Source: Lachnoclostridium sp. UBA7097 (GTDB taxonomy: Bacteria > Bacillota > Clostridia > Lachnospirales > Lachnospiraceae). Taken from it: a stretch of 64,000 nt of DNA. Shown here in pieces: positions 50,065-58,740 of the stretch. The DNA lies in contig DKYP01000100.1 in NCBI GenBank assembly GCA_002499945.1, forward strand, positions 5,384 through 69,383, read 5' to 3'. The notes below the pieces were generated by a model. It had not been told where the DNA came from. It did no database searches and was given only the letters and a program-made list of their open reading frames with translations. A program made the position numbers and the translations under genes. Position 1 is the first letter of the stretch. The number at the start of each line of letters is the position of its first letter.

Positions 50065-51174
50065 ATGGATAAGAATATTTTCAGGATAAAAAAATTTATT
50101 GCGCTTTTCCTGGCAATAAGCCTTGCACTGGCAGGGTGCAGCCAGGTTACAGTACAAAACAGTTCAAACAGTACGTCAAATAAAGAAAAAAGCCAGGCTA
50201 ATAATGTATCTGCAACAGGAAGTGGAAACCTTGAAGTGCATTTTATTGATGTAGGGCAGGGAAGTTCTACACTTATAGAAAGTAACGGGCATTATATGCT
50301 TATAGATGGCGGTGACAGCAAATATGCATCAAGGGTGGTTTCGTACCTGGATGATGAAGATGCCAGAAAGCTTGACTATGTTATTGCCACACATTATGAT
50401 GCAGACCATTTAAATGGTGTGGTTGGTGCACTGGAAGCATATGATGCTGATGTTGTAATAGCACCGGATTACAAGGCAGAAAGCAAGATTTACCAGTCAT
50501 TTACAAGGGTTATGAAAGAAAAAGGCATTAAGATTACATATCCGGAAACTGGTAAAAAATATAAAATAGGTGATGCAGAATTTACAATACTTGCACCAAA
50601 TGATACACATTATGATGATGCCAATGATTATTCAGTTGCAATTAAGCTTGTTAATGGAAATAATACATTTATACTTACAGGTGATGCAGAGATTGAAAGT
50701 GAATATGAGATGCTTGAAACAGGAATTGATTTGTCATGTGATGTATACCTTGCAGGACACCACGGCAGCAGATATTCTTCTTCTGAGGCATTTTTGCAGG
50801 CAATGCAGCCGGAAAGTGTTGTTATAAGTGCAGGTAAAAATAACAAGTATGGACACCCATCGGATGAAGCAATGGCAAGGATTAATGCAATGGGATGTGA
50901 TGTATACCGCACTGACCAGCTTGGGGATATAATTGCAACAAGCGATGGAAAAAATATAAAATTTAATGTTAAAAAATCTTTCGGAGGGAGTAAGAAGAAA
51001 AAGAACAGCACTACAAAGACAAAAGGGGAATTTATAGGAAATGTTAATTCCAAAAAATTCCATGAAAAAGACTGTGGTTCAGTCCCTGATGAAGAAAACA
51101 GGGTGTATTTTAATACAGCAGATGAAGCAGAAAGTGCAGGGTATGAGCCTTGTGGTAATTGCAAGCCGGAGTAA
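50065..51174 (+). CDS. ComEC/Rec2-related metallo-beta-lactamase-fold lipoprotein with a C-terminal Cys-rich (Ada-like) Zn module
   Basis: Lipobox LALAGCS, THYDADH, GHHGS, and a C-terminal KFHEKDC...YEPCGNC. Confidence 0.75.
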   Translation: MDKNIFRIKKFIALFLAISLALAGCSQVTVQNSSNSTSNKEKSQANNVSATGSGNLEVHFIDVGQGSSTLIESNGHYMLIDGGDSKYASRVVSYLDDEDARKLDYVIATHYDADHLNGVVGALEAYDADVVIAPDYKAESKIYQSFTRVMKEKGIKITYPETGKKYKIGDAEFTILAPNDTHYDDANDYSVAIKLVNGNNTFILTGDAEIESEYEMLETGIDLSCDVYLAGHHGSRYSSSEAFLQAMQPESVVISAGKNNKYGHPSDEAMARINAMGCDVYRTDQLGDIIATSDGKNIKFNVKKSFGGSKKKKNSTTKTKGEFIGNVNSKKFHEKDCGSVPDEENRVYFNTADEAESAGYEPCGNCKPE

Positions 51175-51177
51175 TAT

Positions 51178-51336
51178 CTGCAGAATTTGCAATACCAGTT
51201 TTTGATGAAAATAATGATGTTTTGCGGTATAATGTATTTCATGCAGAATTGGTGATAAGACATTCTGAAGATAGAAAGTTGTATTTATATGATATTATAA
51301 ACATAAAAAAAGAAACGGGCACCCCGCTTGAGCCAT
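51178..51336 (+). pseudogene. orphan 3'-terminal coding fragment (52 codons plus stop, no start)
   Basis: This frame reads SAEFAIPVFDENNDVLRYNVFHAELVIRHSEDRKLYLYDIINIKKETGTPLEP*. There is no ATG/GTG/TTG with an RBS, and it begins 3 nt after the upstream stop. Confidence 0.3.
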
Positions 51337-51405
51337 AAGCTGTACGGTAAAAAACCCGCCTCTTTTTATATAGTTTATAACAGAAAGGAAAAAAAGTCAA
51401 GAGAT

Positions 51406-52869
51406 ATGTATCAGGAAATTGATTTAAATAAAATAGACATAAATTCAAATCCCCCGATGGAAGAACCAGCCAGACAATATTATTTTATGGCAAAATGCCG
51501 GGAATGGGTTCAGGAATTTGAACGGAAAAATGACCGCCGCCCAACCGCGCTTATTCAGACCTTTGGCTGCCAGATGAATGCAAGGGATTCTGAAAAAATT
51601 CTTGGTATCCTTAAATGTATTGGGTATACAGAGGCTGGTTCAGAGGATGCAGACCTTGTTGTGTTTAATACATGTACTGTCAGGGAAAATGCCAATCTTA
51701 AAGTGTATGGGCGTATCGGGCAACTTAAAAAGTATAAAGCAAAGAACCCTGGAATGGTAACTATGGTCTGCGGGTGCATGATGCAGGAGAAAGAGGCTGT
51801 TGAAAAGATTAAGAAAAGTTATAAAAATGTTGATATAATATTTGGTACACATAATATATATAAATTTGCTGAACTTCTTGCAATGAAAGTGCTTGATGAA
51901 CCAGACAGCAAAAAGATGGTAATTGATGTATGGGAGGATGCTACGGAGATTGTGGAAAGCCTGCCTGCGGAAAGGAAATATCCTTTTAAGAGTGGTGTAA
52001 ATATTATGTACGGCTGCAATAATTTCTGTAGTTATTGTATAGTGCCTTATGTGCGTGGCAGGGAAAGGAGCAGGAAACCAGAAGATATTATTGAGGAGAT
52101 AGAAGGGCTTGTAAAAGATGGTGTTTCAGAAGTTATGTTGCTTGGCCAGAATGTTAATTCTTATGGCAAGAACCTTGAAGAGCCTGTAACTTTTACAGAG
52201 CTTCTTGAAAGGGTGGAGGGCATAAACGGGCTTAAGCGGATACGTTTTATGACTTCGCATCCAAAGGATTTGTCAGATGGCCTTATAGAATTTATGGGAC
52301 GTTCAGAAAAGCTTTGCAGGCATATACATCTTCCTTTGCAGTCAGGCAGCAACAGGCTTCTTAAGATTATGAACCGCCATTATACCAAAGAAGATTATCT
52401 TCTGCTTGTGGATAAGATAAGAAAAGCTGTACCAGATATTGCAATTACAACAGATATAATAACAGGATTTCCTGGTGAAACAGAAGAGGATTTTAAAGAA
52501 ACGCTTGATGTGGTAGAAAAAGTTTGTTATGATAATGCCTTTACATTTATATACAGCAAGCGTACAGGGACACCCGCTGCTTCAATGGACAACCAGGTAC
52601 CAGAGGATGTTGTAAAGGAGAGGTTTGACAGGCTTTTAGAGGCAGTACATGGCAGCACAGCCAGGAAGGCAGGGCAATACCTGGGAAAGACTTATGATGT
52701 GCTGGTTGAGGAAATTAATGCACAGGAAGAAGGGTATGTAACAGGAAGGACAGGACAGAATTATTTAGTGCATTTTAAGGGCAGTAAAGACCTTATAGGA
52801 AAGATTGTACCTGTTAAATTATGTGAAAGCAGGGGATTTTATTATTATGGGGAATTAGCAGGGGATTAA
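51406..52869 (+). CDS. miaB: tRNA-i6A37 methylthiotransferase MiaB (radical SAM)
   Basis: TFGCQMN, radical-SAM CNNFCSYC, and a TRAM C-terminus. ATG 51406 is preferred over the track start at 51328, which overlaps the fragment above. Confidence 0.9.
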   Translation: MYQEIDLNKIDINSNPPMEEPARQYYFMAKCREWVQEFERKNDRRPTALIQTFGCQMNARDSEKILGILKCIGYTEAGSEDADLVVFNTCTVRENANLKVYGRIGQLKKYKAKNPGMVTMVCGCMMQEKEAVEKIKKSYKNVDIIFGTHNIYKFAELLAMKVLDEPDSKKMVIDVWEDATEIVESLPAERKYPFKSGVNIMYGCNNFCSYCIVPYVRGRERSRKPEDIIEEIEGLVKDGVSEVMLLGQNVNSYGKNLEEPVTFTELLERVEGINGLKRIRFMTSHPKDLSDGLIEFMGRSEKLCRHIHLPLQSGSNRLLKIMNRHYTKEDYLLLVDKIRKAVPDIAITTDIITGFPGETEEDFKETLDVVEKVCYDNAFTFIYSKRTGTPAASMDNQVPEDVVKERFDRLLEAVHGSTARKAGQYLGKTYDVLVEEINAQEEGYVTGRTGQNYLVHFKGSKDLIGKIVPVKLCESRGFYYYGELAGD

Positions 52870-52870
52870 T

Positions 52871-53920
52871 ATGGGAGAGGAAAATATTTTAATAAATCTA
52901 AGGCAGAAACAGGAAGCAAGGGAACACCAGATATTAAGCAGGTATGCTTCATTTGCAGACCAGACACAGGGAAGGGACAGGGAAGAACCACAGTGCGATA
53001 TAAGGACAGATTACCAGCGTGACCGTGACAGGATTATCCACTGCAAGGCATTCAGGCGTCTTAAAGACAAGACACAGGTTTTTCTTTCACCAGAGAGCGA
53101 CCATTACAGGACCCGCCTTACCCATACCCTGGAGGTGGCACAGAATGCAAGGACGCTTGCAAGGGCACTTATGCTTAATGAAGACCTTGTAGAAGCCATT
53201 GCACTCGGGCATGACCTTGGGCATACACCATTTGGCCATGCAGGGGAAAGTGCGTTAAATGAAATAACAAAGGATAGTGGCGGTTTCCACCATAACATGC
53301 AGAGTGTAAGGGTAGTTGAAGTCCTGGAAAAAGGCGGCAGGGGGTTAAACCTTACCAAAGAAGTGAGGGATGGCATATTAAACCACCGGACTGCATCAGA
53401 ACCGCATACACTTGAAGGCAAAATTGTGCGTTTTTCAGATAAAATTGCATATATAAATTCTGATATAGATGATTCTATACGTGCAGGAATAATTTCAGAA
53501 AAAGAGATTCCAAAAGAACTGTCAGATGTCCTTGGTGACAGCACTAATAAAAGGCTTAATACACTTGTGCATGATATTGTAAAAAACAGCGGAGGTAAAA
53601 ATAATATATGTATGTCAGAAGAAGTTAAGAAAAGCATGTCCGGGCTTAGAAGCTACCTCTTTAAAAATGTTTACAGAAACCCGCTGGCAAAAAGGGAAGA
53701 ACAGAAAGTAAAGCACTTAATAGAACAGCTTTATGAGTATTATATAAAGAATATAGAAAAACTTCCAGATGAATTTATTAATATGATAGAAAACGGGGAA
53801 ACAAAAGAAAGGGCAGTATGCGATTTTATTGCATGTATGAGTGACAGGTATGCAATTAACCTTTATAAAGAGATTATGATACCTAAATCATGGAGTATAA
53901 GAAGCATAGAACACAGATAA
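52871..53920 (+). CDS. dGTPase-like HD-domain triphosphohydrolase
   Basis: DYQRDRDRIIH..AFRRLK.KTQV, THTLEV and GHDLGHTPFGH motifs. Confidence 0.85.
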   Translation: MGEENILINLRQKQEAREHQILSRYASFADQTQGRDREEPQCDIRTDYQRDRDRIIHCKAFRRLKDKTQVFLSPESDHYRTRLTHTLEVAQNARTLARALMLNEDLVEAIALGHDLGHTPFGHAGESALNEITKDSGGFHHNMQSVRVVEVLEKGGRGLNLTKEVRDGILNHRTASEPHTLEGKIVRFSDKIAYINSDIDDSIRAGIISEKEIPKELSDVLGDSTNKRLNTLVHDIVKNSGGKNNICMSEEVKKSMSGLRSYLFKNVYRNPLAKREEQKVKHLIEQLYEYYIKNIEKLPDEFINMIENGETKERAVCDFIACMSDRYAINLYKEIMIPKSWSIRSIEHR

Positions 53921-53958
53921 ACAGGAAGTAAAAAAGATTTAAAATGTATATAAAACTA

Positions 53959-53987
53959 TTGACATTTTCAGAATCTGGCTGTATTAT
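53959..53987 (+). promoter_or_regulatory. promoter of the putative antitoxin sRNA
   Basis: Consensus TTGACA (53959-53964), 17-nt spacer, TATTAT (53982-53987). It overlaps TATAAT at 53985-53990. Confidence 0.45.
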
Positions 53988-53993
53988 AATATA

Positions 53994-54066
53994 CAGCTAG
54001 GAAGCAAAAATAGATGTAGAAATGTCATGAAACCAAAAAAACCAGAGTGTCGGCTCTGGTTTTTTC
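53994..54066 (+). ncRNA. putative RNA II-like antitoxin sRNA of a par/Fst-type type I TA locus (ends approximate)
   Basis: It lies between the promoter above and the bidirectional terminator. It contains TGTCATGAAACC (54023-54034), which is identical to plus-strand 54197-54208 and therefore complementary to the toxin mRNA SD/start region GGTTTCATGACA. Confidence 0.4.
54035..54066. terminator. bidirectional rho-independent terminator
   Basis: AAAAAA-ACCAGAG (54041-54047), loop TGTCGG, CTCTGGT (54054-60)-TTTTT(T). Confidence 0.75.
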
Positions 54067-54109
54067 CTGTCTATAAAGGCAGAATACATATTTTCAGGCT
54101 GTTTGCTGC

Positions 54110-54202
54110 CTAATCATTATTTTCGTCCAGCCATTTGCATATGTAGTAACTTACTACATTTGCCGTAATGGAAACAAAGACAGACATAAGAATTTCTGTC
54201 AT
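54110..54202 (-). CDS. Fst/Ldr-like type I toxin (30 aa): MTEILMSVFVSITANVVSYYICKWLDENND
   Basis: Hand-translated; it is below the ORF-track size cutoff. RBS GGGGGTGAGG lies upstream of the ATG. It has one hydrophobic helix and an acidic tail. Its C-terminal I-C-K-W-L-D-E-N-N-D lines up with E. faecalis Fst I-S-R-V-L-D-E-E-D-D as I recall it. Confidence 0.65.
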   Translation of the reverse strand: MTEILMSVFVSITANVVSYYICKWLDENND

Positions 54203-54378
54203 GAAACCTCACCCCCTTTCTGCTGGAGGTACGGCAGCAGTTTAATTATATCATATTCCAGTGTATTATTCTATTGTTTTTCCTTTTAAAAATTTTTTTA
54301 AACTTTTGTCAGATTTTAATGTTATAAAAAGTGTTATATATGAAGGCATGTAAGAACCAGCAGGAAAGGAGGTAAATT

Positions 54379-54888
54379 ATGGATACAGGCCGTAATGTAG
54401 AAGAACTTTTTGGACGTTATTCTGATATGGTTTACAGGATTGCCATATCATATGGAAATAATGTGCAGATGGCAGAGGATGTTGTCCAGGAAGTGTTTTT
54501 ACGTTTTTTAAAGAAGAGACCAGATTTTAAAAGTAGTGAACATGAAAAGGCGTGGTTTATCCGTGTGACAGTGAATTGCTGTAAGAGCCTGCTTTCTTCT
54601 GCATGGATAAAGCGTGTCCAGCCATTAGAAGATACCATGCAGGCAGAGATTTTATTTAAGGACAGCGGCAGCAGCAGTTTATATGAACTGGTGTCAGGGC
54701 TTCCGGCAAAATACAGCACTGTATTATATCTGCGTTATTATGAGGAATACAAAGTAAAGGAGATTGCGAAAATCCTCCATATAACACCAAACCTTGTATC
54801 AGCCAGGATTGCCCGTGCAAAGAAAATGATTAAGCAGGAGTTATTAAAAGAAAGGAAGTGTTTTAAAGATGAAACAGGAATTATTTAA
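54379..54888 (+). CDS. ECF-type RNA polymerase sigma factor
   Basis: 169 aa with region 2 (AEDVVQEVFLRFL) and a region 4 HTH (YKVKEIAKILHITPNLVSARIARAKKMIK). AGGAGG RBS. Confidence 0.85.
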   Translation: MDTGRNVEELFGRYSDMVYRIAISYGNNVQMAEDVVQEVFLRFLKKRPDFKSSEHEKAWFIRVTVNCCKSLLSSAWIKRVQPLEDTMQAEILFKDSGSSSLYELVSGLPAKYSTVLYLRYYEEYKVKEIAKILHITPNLVSARIARAKKMIKQELLKERKCFKDETGII

Positions 54889-55870
54889 AGAAATGTATAA
54901 TGGGATACAGATGGACAGGGAACAGAAAGAAAGGATATTGTCAAATATTAAAGCAGAGGAAAGTAAAAAGAGGATAAAGGCAGGCAGGAAACTTCCTGTA
55001 CCAGCCATTGCTACAGCCTGTGCCTGTGTAATGCTGTTTGCAGGCGTGCCTGTACTTGCAGCAAATACAGGAATAGTGGACAGTATAGTACAGGCTTTTG
55101 GTTTATTTAGCATAGACAAACCTGAAGTTACAGAGGAACAGAAAAAAATATATTCAGAATATGGAAATGTGCTGGATAATGAAATTAAACTTGAAGGCGG
55201 TACCCTTAAATTTGATGCAGTTGTATGTGACAAAAATTATATATGTATTCCTTTTTCTGTTATAAATCCAGATAATACAGCCAAAAAAAGAGTACACAAT
55301 GAGAACTTAAGGTTCTTTCTGGCAGGAAGTAAGTCTGATTATCCAATGGGTATGATTACTATGTTTCCACAAGTCCAGGAAGATGGAAGCTTAAAAGGCT
55401 GTTACCAGTTAAATGTAGAAGAAGAAATAAATCCAGGAGATAAGATACTGGTAAAAAGAGCAGAAAAATGGGATGATGATAAATATGATTTAGTTTCAGA
55501 ATTTAATATCCAAAAGATTGCAGAAAGCTGTAATATACCAGTAGATAAGGAACTGCTAAAGAAGAAAGATATGGGTCAAATCTATAGCATGGAGATTTCA
55601 CCATTATCATTAAGAATAGAGGGAAAGAATAAACAGGGAGATGCCCGGAAAAGTTACAGGGAAGATATATTTTATTATGATATAACAGTTGAATTAAAAG
55701 ATGGTACTATTATAAAACAAGCTGATACAGGCCAGTGGGGCAGGGAAAGTGAAAATGATACTTACATCAGGACTGTATTATTTGCAGCACCAGTTGATGT
55801 AAGTAAAGTTGCAGGAGTACGTATAAAAAGTTTGGACAAAGAGTTATGGATTCCAGCAGGGAATTTATAA
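54869..55870 (+). CDS. putative anti-sigma factor (DUF4179-like single-pass membrane protein)
   Basis: It overlaps the sigma gene by 20 nt. Short N-terminal cytoplasmic segment, TM helix PVPAIATACACVMLFAGVPVLAA, and an extracellular beta-rich domain. Confidence 0.6.
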   Translation: MKQELFKEMYNGIQMDREQKERILSNIKAEESKKRIKAGRKLPVPAIATACACVMLFAGVPVLAANTGIVDSIVQAFGLFSIDKPEVTEEQKKIYSEYGNVLDNEIKLEGGTLKFDAVVCDKNYICIPFSVINPDNTAKKRVHNENLRFFLAGSKSDYPMGMITMFPQVQEDGSLKGCYQLNVEEEINPGDKILVKRAEKWDDDKYDLVSEFNIQKIAESCNIPVDKELLKKKDMGQIYSMEISPLSLRIEGKNKQGDARKSYREDIFYYDITVELKDGTIIKQADTGQWGRESENDTYIRTVLFAAPVDVSKVAGVRIKSLDKELWIPAGNL

Positions 55871-55888
55871 TTTGTATGCAATTATGTA

Positions 55889-55975
55889 TTTTTTAAACTT
55901 GTGCCAGATTTTAAAACTGGTTGATGTAAGTGAAGTTACAGGAGTACGTATAAAGAGTGCAGATAAGAGCCAGCT
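55889..55975 (+). pseudogene. deletion scar: a copy of the sigma-operon upstream sequence fused to the 3' end of an anti-sigma paralogue
   Basis: 55889-55914 matches 54294-54319 at 24 of 26 positions. 55917-55970 resembles 55790-55843 and translates to LVDVSEVTGVRIKSADK, compared with PVDVSKVAGVRIKSLDK in the intact gene. Confidence 0.6.
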
Positions 55976-56010
55976 AATCATTGTAAGATTTCTGGCTCTG
56001 TTTATTTTTA
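55966..56010 (+). terminator. probable terminator of the sigma/anti-sigma region
   Basis: AGAGCCAG (55966-55973) / CTGGCTCT (55992-55999) with an 18-nt loop, then GTTTATTTTT. Confidence 0.5.
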
Positions 56011-56024
56011 CTGGATAAGCATGT

Positions 56025-56762
56025 TTAACTATCAAGCCTTATTTTTATTGAAACAGCATATTCAGATTCGTTTACCTTTTCTAATAAGTATACATGCAAA
56101 TGACGTAAAGTACCACAAATGGAAACTTTCTGGCTGGCAAAATTTCTTAGCCTTACTACTTCTCTTATATATGGCATAAGACTGTTTTTAAACTTATACC
56201 ATAATAAAGGCGGCATATTAGAAGGTTTTTCAAGATTTGGTAATCTTTCAAGAAAATCTGCTGCATCTGAGAATTTTTTGTTCTCAAAATTTGTTGTTGC
56301 AATACCGGTTTCCGCAGTTTCTGTATAGCCATCGTATTTACAATACGATAAAAAACTTTCTTTATGTAATGTGGCATGATTAAGCTGTTCTATAAAATCA
56401 CGGACTTCACTAATTGCAACCAGCAAAGCATTATCCTTTAGCAAGTCATCACTAAAGGCAGATATATCCTTTTTTATGTCTAATATTAATGAATATATTT
56501 TTTTATTGTTATTATCTATAACACATGTTAAAACATCTGCTGATTTGCAATTATCCTTTAAAACACTTTGGGCTCTATATTCTTTTCCAAATACTGCATA
56601 TTGTCCATCTTTTAAAATATACTCCAGATTAACAATTTCTTTGTTTATGCTATTATTATGTTCTTCTTGTACAGATAAAATCATATTTTTATTTATTTTA
56701 TATAAAACATTTTTTTGGATTTGTGCACCAGCTTTTAATAGTGTTGTATTTAATTTAAACAT
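56025..56762 (-). CDS. 245-aa protein of unknown function, third gene of the cassette (possible PD-(D/E)xK-like D83...D95-I-K97)
   Basis: Long ORF in a very AT-rich stretch. Its ATG overlaps the ATPase stop by 8 nt (ATGTTTAA). No HNH, Toprim or other motif is recognisable by eye. Confidence 0.7.
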   Translation of the reverse strand: MFKLNTTLLKAGAQIQKNVLYKINKNMILSVQEEHNNSINKEIVNLEYILKDGQYAVFGKEYRAQSVLKDNCKSADVLTCVIDNNNKKIYSLILDIKKDISAFSDDLLKDNALLVAISEVRDFIEQLNHATLHKESFLSYCKYDGYTETAETGIATTNFENKKFSDAADFLERLPNLEKPSNMPPLLWYKFKNSLMPYIREVVRLRNFASQKVSICGTLRHLHVYLLEKVNESEYAVSIKIRLDS

Positions 56763-58158
56763 TTACATTTATTTCTCCTAACCTTAGTGCTTCATTATAG
56801 AGTTCCATAGCAGATTTTGTAAACAAGTCAAACTGGAAACCTGTCCTGGAATCTGGAATAATTTCTTTTACTATACTTTTTCCATTTGGCTGGAAGATAA
56901 ATTCATACACAAATAAATTTTCAGATTTGATTAAATCTTCTTTTTCCAAGTGAAAATATTTCTCAATTTCATTATTGCTGTTTTCTTTTATATATTTTGA
57001 TAAAACATATAAATTATTTAACTTGGAAACAAAGGTATCACTATGTGTACTAAGTATAATATTGATACTTGCATTATTAAGCCTGTTTAGAAAACGGACT
57101 AATTCCAACTGCTTTTCTGGGTGCAGGCTTGCTTCAACCTCATCAATAATAAGCCTTTCATATCTTGTTTCAGAAGTTAATGCCAGAACTAAAGGTGTTA
57201 CCTCGTTAACCATAGCAGAGGCAAGGTACATAGGTATTATATTATTATAATCATTTTTTGGATTATAAGAAAAATTTCCATATTTGTTTGTATTAATATG
57301 TCCCTCAATTATTTTATCTTCAAAAAAAGATAGTTCATTTTTATATGTTTCATATTTTTTTTCATCTTCTGAATAAGTTTGAAGGAAACGCAGAAAATCG
57401 TATACTGGCTGGGTCAGTCCATTGTATTGTCCGTTATCTTGTACCAGCCTGTTTTCTGCTACTCTATAAGAAATTGCATCATCCGTTTTGTTTGCAAAAA
57501 AATCACGGTACAAAAGCATTAATCCTGTCCTGGATGCTGGCAGAAATAAACTGCTTTTTTCAAAAATATTTCGTAACATATCCCTGAAAATAAACTTCTT
57601 TGTATCCTTTGCAGGGGAAAGATGGGTTGATGCAACAAGCGCATTTTCTTTCTGTTCTTTTACTTCAGATAAGACACCAATATTAATAAGTTTGTCAATA
57701 TTTTTTAAAGAGCCATATGAAAATAATTGTTGCCCAAATAGTTTTCTTATTTTTTCATTTTCAAGGCATTTGTTGTCCGTAATATCAATTTTGTAGAAGC
57801 TGTTATTTTCTAATTCAACATCTATATACAATTTTTCTATAGGAATAGTTTTTTTAAAGATATCTTCTATAATTTGCTCTTTTTTTAGGTGTAATTTTTT
57901 ATTTATACATTCAGTAAATTGTACAATATTATCCTTATTTATCAAGTATTTGCTATATCCTTCTATTTTTTCAGCTAAAACAATATCCATTACATCTTCG
58001 TCCAGAAGCCCGGTAATTTTATCACTTAAGCCTTGTATAAGCTGCATTAAAAAAGTCTTTCCGCTATTATTTGGTCCAACAAAAAGTGTATAATTATTAA
58101 TACAAACCCTGGCACTTTCTATTTTAGCAAAATTTTCTACACCAATCCAAAAACGCAT
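56755..58158 (-). CDS. ABC/SMC-type AAA ATPase (AAA_15/AAA_21-like), no fused nuclease domain recognised
   Basis: Walker A GPNNSGKT (58054-58077), Walker B LIIDE (57139-57153) followed by ASLHP, and D-loop/H-loop-like ILSTHSD. AAAGGAG RBS. Confidence 0.85.
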   Translation of the reverse strand: MRFWIGVENFAKIESARVCINNYTLFVGPNNSGKTFLMQLIQGLSDKITGLLDEDVMDIVLAEKIEGYSKYLINKDNIVQFTECINKKLHLKKEQIIEDIFKKTIPIEKLYIDVELENNSFYKIDITDNKCLENEKIRKLFGQQLFSYGSLKNIDKLINIGVLSEVKEQKENALVASTHLSPAKDTKKFIFRDMLRNIFEKSSLFLPASRTGLMLLYRDFFANKTDDAISYRVAENRLVQDNGQYNGLTQPVYDFLRFLQTYSEDEKKYETYKNELSFFEDKIIEGHINTNKYGNFSYNPKNDYNNIIPMYLASAMVNEVTPLVLALTSETRYERLIIDEVEASLHPEKQLELVRFLNRLNNASINIILSTHSDTFVSKLNNLYVLSKYIKENSNNEIEKYFHLEKEDLIKSENLFVYEFIFQPNGKSIVKEIIPDSRTGFQFDLFTKSAMELYNEALRLGEINVNV

Positions 58159-58202
58159 TTAACTGCTCCTTTTTCCTCATTTTTATTGATAGCATTTTTC
58201 TG

Positions 58203-58712
58203 TCAATCCACACAATCAAATAACTGGTCAAAATTAATTTTTACATTAGGAAACATATAAATCCCCAAATCTTCTTTATTTTGTTCTGTAACTATTGACA
58301 TCAATTGATATTCTGATTTGTCAATAGAACTCTCATCAGGCGACAATACATATATTTCTACCTGCTTTTTTCTCCAGTCAGCAAGCCAGTATTCTGCAAC
58401 TTCCACTTTTTTGTATAGTTCCATTTTTTCATTACGGTCATGTTCTTCTGTTACATCAGATAAAACTTCCATAATAAATCTGGGCACACCTAAAAAATTT
58501 GTTGAACGCCTGTTTCTAATATCACAATTTATAGATACATCTGGAATAACTGGTTTATTATTATTCTCTATCCACTTATATTTCATATTGTCACCAAATA
58601 CACGGCATAAAGAATTTTTCAACTGTATTCCAACCGTTGTAACAAAATTATTGATTACTATTGAATGTTCTATATAAGTATTAGCCATATCTTTAATTGG
58701 CAGCATATCCAT
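58203..58712 (-). CDS. Uma2-family (DUF820) PD-(D/E)xK-fold endonuclease-like protein, first gene of the cassette
   Basis: VIPDVSINC, GVPRFIMEVLSDVTEEHDR and VEVAEYWLADW parallel the Uma2 motifs of the 34824-35384 gene. GAGGTGAT RBS. Confidence 0.7.
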   Translation of the reverse strand: MDMLPIKDMANTYIEHSIVINNFVTTVGIQLKNSLCRVFGDNMKYKWIENNNKPVIPDVSINCDIRNRRSTNFLGVPRFIMEVLSDVTEEHDRNEKMELYKKVEVAEYWLADWRKKQVEIYVLSPDESSIDKSEYQLMSIVTEQNKEDLGIYMFPNVKINFDQLFDCVD

Positions 58713-58740
58713 TTATATCACCTCAGTTTTCTGCATTTTT

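Noticed and set aside
56025-58158. Assigning the ATPase plus 245-aa pair to Septu (PtuAB), PARIS (AriAB), AbiL/RloAB, Gabija or OLD.
   Set aside because: The small partner shows no HNH (no His-Asn-His or Cys pairs), no Toprim/DUF4435-like motif and no RloB-like N-terminus. The ATPase has no C-terminal Toprim. These are negative observations by eye only, so this needs HMM confirmation.
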